From NCBI GenBank assembly GCA_000388065.2, contig KB932212.1: a stretch of 42,633 bases of DNA, one strand, 5' to 3'. Of the stretch, positions 37,539 through 42,633 are shown piece by piece. Numbering within the stretch: position 1 is the first letter of the stretch; each line of letters opens with the position of its first letter. Origin of the DNA: Fonticula alba ATCC 38817. Taxonomy: Eukaryota; Protista; Nucleariida. The position numbers were made by a program, and so were the translations under genes. The notes beneath the pieces are model-generated. The model worked only from the letters and a program-made list of their open reading frames with translations. It had not been told where the DNA came from and did no database searches.

Positions 37539-38449
37539 ATGTCCGCCTACCTCGGTACCATCATCCTGGTTGCCGGCATTGTCGTCGTGCGTCGGCCGCC
37601 CACACATTTCCCGCGACTCTGCTCGCTGCCCCGCGCCTGACCCACCCCCCTTCCCCGTGCCTGCCTGCCTGCCTGCCTGCCTGTCGCCCTGCTCTCGCCG
37701 GCCACAGTTCCAGCGCCTCCCGAAGGATGAGTTCACCAACAGCCTCATCCTGAAGGTCTTCGTCACTGTCTTCCTCGCGCAGTACCCCCTCTTCTTCTAC
37801 CTGTACCAGAAGATCAAGGGTGACGCGTCGCTGGCCAGCCAGACGGTCACCGTCCCCCCGCCCCAGGGCCTGACCGCCGACCCGAACGCCCAGCCCACCG
37901 TCACCAATGCCCAGGACTATGACCTCGGCCAGGTGTGGGACCTGGTCAAGAAGGTGCGCCCGTGGTCCCCCCCTCCCCCCCCCGCTCCGCCCCGCATAAG
38001 CTGACCCCCCCCCCTGTGTCCTCACACACACACACACACGCACACAGTCCCTCCTCAACGCCGTCATCATGGGCGGTATCTTCTACAAGTTCGGCTCCAC
38101 TCAGCCCCTCTTCATGCAGTCGCTCATGATCCCGGTCAACCTCTTCAACAACCCCCTGATCAAGGTCCACCTGCTGGGCGAGAAGGCCGAGAACGCCCTT
38201 GCCCGCCCGTGGGCCGCCTCGTCGCCCTCTCCCTTCGGCCTGGGCGGCTCGACCCCGGCCACCGGCGAGCAGGCTGACTCCGCCTCCGGCCAGCTGACCA
38301 CCTCCGAGGCCGAGGCCGAGGCCACCTCGTCCGATGTTTCCCGCTCGACCACCACCGCGCGCGCGCGCCAGGCCGAGCCCGAGGACGAGGCCCGCATCAC
38401 CGAGCTGCCGGACGAGGATGACTCCGAGAACCCCGCCAAGGAGGACTAA
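37539..38449 (+). CDS. PHO88: PHO88/SND3-family ER membrane protein, 3 exons, about 231 aa
   Basis: Exons 37539-37586, 37708-37953, 38048-38449. TVTNAQDYDLGQV, IMGGIFYKFGSTQPLFMQSLM..NLFNNPLIKVHLLGEKA..LARPW, followed by an acidic low-complexity tail. The start lies just after an N gap. Confidence 0.85.
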
Positions 38450-39311
38450 GAGGGGACGGCGGCATGCGGCGCCCCCCCTCCCCCTCCCCTCTTGCACGCG
38501 CGATGTGCCCCACCGCGGCGCGCCCTGCACCTGGGACGCGGGCGGACTCGCGTGAGCGCATGTATCCCCTGATGCCCCCCCATGCGCCTGCCTCCCCCTC
38601 CGTTTGCACGTCCGCCGATTGTGTGTGCACCTCTCTCTCTCTCTCTCTCTCTGCAGAGAGCCCTCCCCTCTCCCCTCTCCTGCCTCTCTACTAGACTCCC
38701 CACAATATAGTTTCCTCGCCCTCTCCTGGCCATAGCGGGTGTGTGCGGTTTCTCCCGGCCTCCCCCCGCCCCTTTCCAGCGCGGGGGGCCACAGGGACAG
38801 ATAATACCAAGAAGGATGAATGAAGGTAGGGTTTTGTATTTGTGAAGGGGGTATTCTCGGTGTGCGCGGCCCTGCGCTTTTTGGGGCCGCCGCACCACAG
38901 CAAACAGGGGGAAGGGAGAAGGGAAAAAAAAGAAGGGTAGGCAAGTACACAAGCAGGCTCTGAAGCTCTGGGGAAGGGTTTGGGAGGGAGGGGGGGGGAG
39001 GCGAAGGCAGGGAGGTCTCTATAAACACCACCCGGTGTGGGCCACCTCTGCCGAGGGAGGGAGAGGAAGGGCGGAGGAAGGGGGGCACGGCACGCACGCG
39101 CGTGTTCTGTCTCCGGCCCCTCCCCGGGGGCTGGCGGGGCGCCCCCTCCCCTTTCTTCGCCCTCCCCCTCTCAAGGGCGGCCAAGGCGGCGACACCAGGG
39201 GGCAGGAGGAGGGAGGGAGGGGGAAGGGGAGAGAGAGAAAGAGAGAGAGAGAGAGAGGGGGGGGGGGCGACAACAGACACGCGCATGCACATATCGACAC
39301 GGCTGGCGTGC

Positions 39312-41587
39312 TCAGTTCGAAGGGGCATCCTTCTCGCCCACCGAGGTGACCGGGACCTTGACTGGCCGGGCAACGTGGGCCCACTTGTCGTGGGTGTAAT
39401 CCGGGCGGGTGCCCTCCTGGAAGCGGCCAAACAGCTGCTCGGTGGCGCCCTCCCCGAAGAGCCCCTCATCGAAGAGCTCGGTCACCGTGGGAGACCACTC
39501 GCTCTTGAAGAGGCAGGCACCGTGGACGCGCTGCACCGCGCCCGGGGCGCGGGTCAGGAACTCCGGGAAATCGAAGAGCCGGCCGCCGCTCGGCAGGGCC
39601 GGCGCCTCGTCCCACAGGGCCTGCAGGGCGTCGGCGTCCGGCGCCACACCGGCCGCCTCCTGCCCGAACAGCAGGAAGGCAAAGCGGTGGACCTCACTGC
39701 CGCGCTCCGGGTGCGGCGCCAGATACGGCACAACCACGGTGCCGTTGGCCACATTGGCCACATTCTCCGGGGCCGGGGCCGCCGGGGCCGCATCCAGCAC
39801 CGGCACCGGGATGTCCTTCACCAGCCAGTGGATGCGCGAGCGGAAGGCACGCTGAATGGCATCCGGCGCGTCGAGGTCCACCATGGCCAGGGTATAGTGG
39901 CTGGGCGGGGCCTGGCCCTGGAGCAGGGCCGACCCGGCCACCGGCGGGATGAACCGGATGCGCGGCTCCTCGGCCGTCTGCGCGTTGGGAATGCAAAAAA
40001 AGGAAAGGAAAGAAGAAGCAGGAGGGGGAGGAGCGATCGTCGAGAGTTAGCACGGCCGGCGCGTCACACGCGGCCTCCCGGAGTGGGGGAGGAAGGGGAA
40101 GGAGCAGCGGCGGCGGCGGCGGCGGAGGAGGAGGAGCTGTCTGCCGGCGCCGGGCATGGCGGGTGTACCTCATTCGCATCGAGCATGTTGGCAAAGTGCA
40201 CGCGGGTGTTGTGCTGGAACTTGACCATCAGCTGGGTGGTCAGCGGCCCGGGGAGCGACCCGCGCAGGGCCGCCACAAGGGCCGTGTTTTCGCGGCGATG
40301 CCGGAAGGAGTTCTCGGTCATCCGGGCCACGGTGCTCTGCCAGGTGGCGAACTTCCCCTGGCGGCGGGCCGGGCGCAGGCCAAACAGCTGGCCAATCTGG
40401 CCATCCTCCACGAGGGAGACAAGGTGCTAGGGCGGGGTGGTGGTGGTGGTGGTGGTGGCGGTGGCGGTGGCGGTGGCGGTGGCGGTGGCGGTGGCGGTGC
40501 GGGGTCAGAGGCGTGCGCATGGGCTGGCCCGGGCGAAAGGGAGGAGGGGAAAGAAGCCGGCATGCCGGACACCGGGCGGTACCTTGTTGCCATACTTGCG
40601 GAAGAACTCCTCGTTGTTCTCCTCGAACGGGTCGATGCTGATCAGGTCGACTGCAGGGCAGGAGCGAGAGTAAGTGGGGAGAACCCTGCGCAGGGGAGGA
40701 ACCGACCAGCCTGGGCACCGGGGCACAACACGTACACAGCGAGTGGCGGATGCGCTGATCGCGGAAGAAGCAGGTGCGCTCCAGATGGGTGAGGATCTTC
40801 TGGCGCTCGTTGCGGAAGAGCTTCATGTTCTTGGAGTGCTGATTGATCAGAGGCCCATACTTGCGGGCATCCTCGGCTGGGGGCCACACCACCCACCACC
40901 GGCGGAGCGAACATGTCAGTGGCCCGGGCGCGTAGCGCGGGGAGGGGAGGGGGGGGCGGGCGGGGATGAGAGGGAAGCAGGGAGAGGAGGGCGGCCGCAC
41001 CACTGCCACCGGCCACCAGGGCCTTGTACTTCTGGACGAGGGCCTCCTCGGCCTCGATCAGGGGGACCAAAGAGTCGGCCTTCTGGTTGAGGCCCTTGCG
41101 ATGGTGGTAGATGAACCGACGCGCCTCGTCGTACGCCTCGAGGTACTGCACGGTACGCCGGTGGGGGAGGCGGCAAGAGGGAGTGCGGGCACCGGGACAG
41201 ACAGGTGAGGACACATGAACGAAGGGGGGGGGGGGGAGAGGAAGGAGGGAGGGAGGGGGGCGTGCGGCAGGACGACATACCCCGATGGCGGGCAGGCGCT
41301 TGTTGGCCGGGTCCAGGACGTAGGGCTCATCGGACGTGTCATACGGGGTCAGGTGCTCCTCTTCATCGACATCCTCGGGGTAGGTGTCGGCGCGCGATGC
41401 ATAGAACGCGGCTGCCCGAGGGGTCAGGGCGCTGTCCACGGGGGGGCCGGGCGAACGGGGGGCGCGGGGCACGGTGGTCAGCGGCCGGATATGGAAGTGG
41501 GCGGGCGACGGCAGGCATGGGGGGAACGGACTGCGAGGCGCGGAGAGCCGACGCGAGGGGGCGGCTACCAACAAGGCGGGTGAGCAT
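39312..41587 (-). CDS. MRPL38: Mitochondrial large-subunit ribosomal protein mL38 (yeast MrpL35-like, PEBP domain), 7 exons, about 494 aa
   Basis: Exons 41587-41532, 41431-41281, 41145-41001, 40876-40736, 40650-40583, 40426-40169, 39977-39312; phases close. Presequence-like N-terminus MLTRLVGSRPLASALRASHALTPR; YLEAYDEARRFI; PEBP motifs YTLAMVDLDAPD, HWLVKDIP, YLAPHPERGSEVHRFAFLLF. Confidence 0.82.
40434..40500. repeat. (GGT)n followed by (GGCGGT)n microsatellite
   Basis: Intron 5 of the mL38 gene. Confidence 0.9.
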
Positions 41588-42159
41588 GTTGGTAAAGGGG
41601 AAGGGGGGGGGGGAGGGAATGAGGGGACAGTCCTCTGTTGGCGAGAAAAGCAGGCGGGGACGGCGGGCGGGGCGTTAGCGGCGACCAGATGGAAAGAGAG
41701 GCGAGGTAGGGCAGGTGGCCGCCACGGATGGCCGCGTGGCGAGCCGGGCCAGGCCAGGCGCGCGGACACAGGGCGGGGACAGGGCCCACCGAGAAAGAGG
41801 GAGCGCCGGGAGGCGAAGGAGGAGGAGGAGGAGGAGGAGGAGGCAGGGCAGAGGGGGGGGGAGCGAGAGGCAGGGAGAGGCGGAGGGGTGAGGAGGGGGG
41901 GGGGGTAGATACAAAATCAGGGGGGATGGGATGGAGCGATGTCCAGACTCGGGGTGCCAGCAACGAGGTGCCCCCCGTCCAGCCGGAGGGGCTGGCGAAA
42001 AGTCGCCACCGTCGGCGGAGCCAGGCCAAGAGGGAGCCGCCCATGTGCGGCCCTTCTCGCCGGGAGTCGCGCCGGGGGCGCACGCGCTTCCGGCCGCCCT
42101 GGGCATACACCGCCAGCCGGCCGACCAACCGGGCGCGCGCGCACACACGCGAGTGGCCC

Positions 42160-42633
42160 TGTAGTGGAATCCCCATGTAAACGATAGATGAAGCAACACG
42201 TGAGTGAATTGCCACACGTGTTACATCGTGGGAATGATAGCATCCCAGAACAGCATTCCTCGGAGAGGAATGCGGGGTAGAACAACAGCCAGGTGGCCGC
42301 CGAGGCCGAGCGGCATAAACGCTCGACCGAGGACGGAGATACGCGGGTGGGCGGGCCCAGCCGCGGGGTTCTCAGTTCCAACCCCTGACCGAGCCCAAAG
42401 GTCAAAAAGGGGGACTCTCGTTGAGAGCCTCCTGAGAGCGAAAGCCTTAGCAGCTGTGTGTCGAAGAGTATACGGAAGTATAGCCGAAGCACCAGTTAGG
42501 CCGACGAACACCTGTTCTAAGGCTTCCTCTCGAACCCTTTTTAACATCCGAGTTCCTTTCTATTTTCGCTTGCCACTAACTCGTCTCAAGCCGAGTTACT
42601 GACTCATCTGGTAACAGACGACCGTGAACCGCT
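42160..42633 (+). ncRNA. Candidate structured RNA or mobile-element terminus, unidentified, truncated by the window end
   Basis: About 55% GC (counted for 42181-42633), with no G/C homopolymer texture. Many inverted repeats, including a long rod at 42404-42542 and GNRA-capped hairpins on the + strand. Family not recognised. Confidence 0.35.

Noticed and set aside
42260-42490. Partial resemblances to group I intron P/S elements, RNase MRP P4, U3 boxes, a telomerase template and a hammerhead core; also GAACCGC at the window end (group II domain V-like)
   Set aside because: Each match is degenerate, out of order, or lacks its pairing partner, so none supports a family call.
42221-42547. Minus-strand ORF containing YTLRHTAA, resembling tyrosine-recombinase box II (DIRS/Crypton)
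   Set aside because: Only 108 aa, with in-frame stops just upstream and no downstream H/W...Y catalytic residues. A single short motif is insufficient, though it is worth rechecking if the adjacent sequence proves to be a mobile element.

Overview
GC-rich (about 70%), intron-dense eukaryotic nuclear DNA from a draft assembly, with seven N gaps that mostly abut poly-C/G runs. The gene set and composition suggest a unicellular opisthokont; a Fonticula-like organism is my inference and is unverified. I reconstructed 11 spliced genes (56 introns) by hand, and splice phases close correctly in each: RalGAP beta (-), an SLC38/AVT amino-acid transporter (+), CHMP2/Vps2 (-), Rab6 (+), V-ATPase subunit E (-), a FUT8-like alpha-1,6-fucosyltransferase (-), ERG27/HSD17B7 (+), GOS1 (+), TBCB (+), PHO88/SND3 (+) and mitoribosomal mL38 (-). 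Most entries in the supplied ORF track are artefacts of high GC. Two observations stand out. (1) The last 470 bp or so (about 55% GC) lack the local microsatellite texture and can fold into a long rod plus several hairpins with GNRA loops; this is an unidentified structured RNA or mobile-element end running off the window. (2) The 5' splice-site consensus is GTRCGY, with C at +4 in 53 of 56 introns and never the canonical A.
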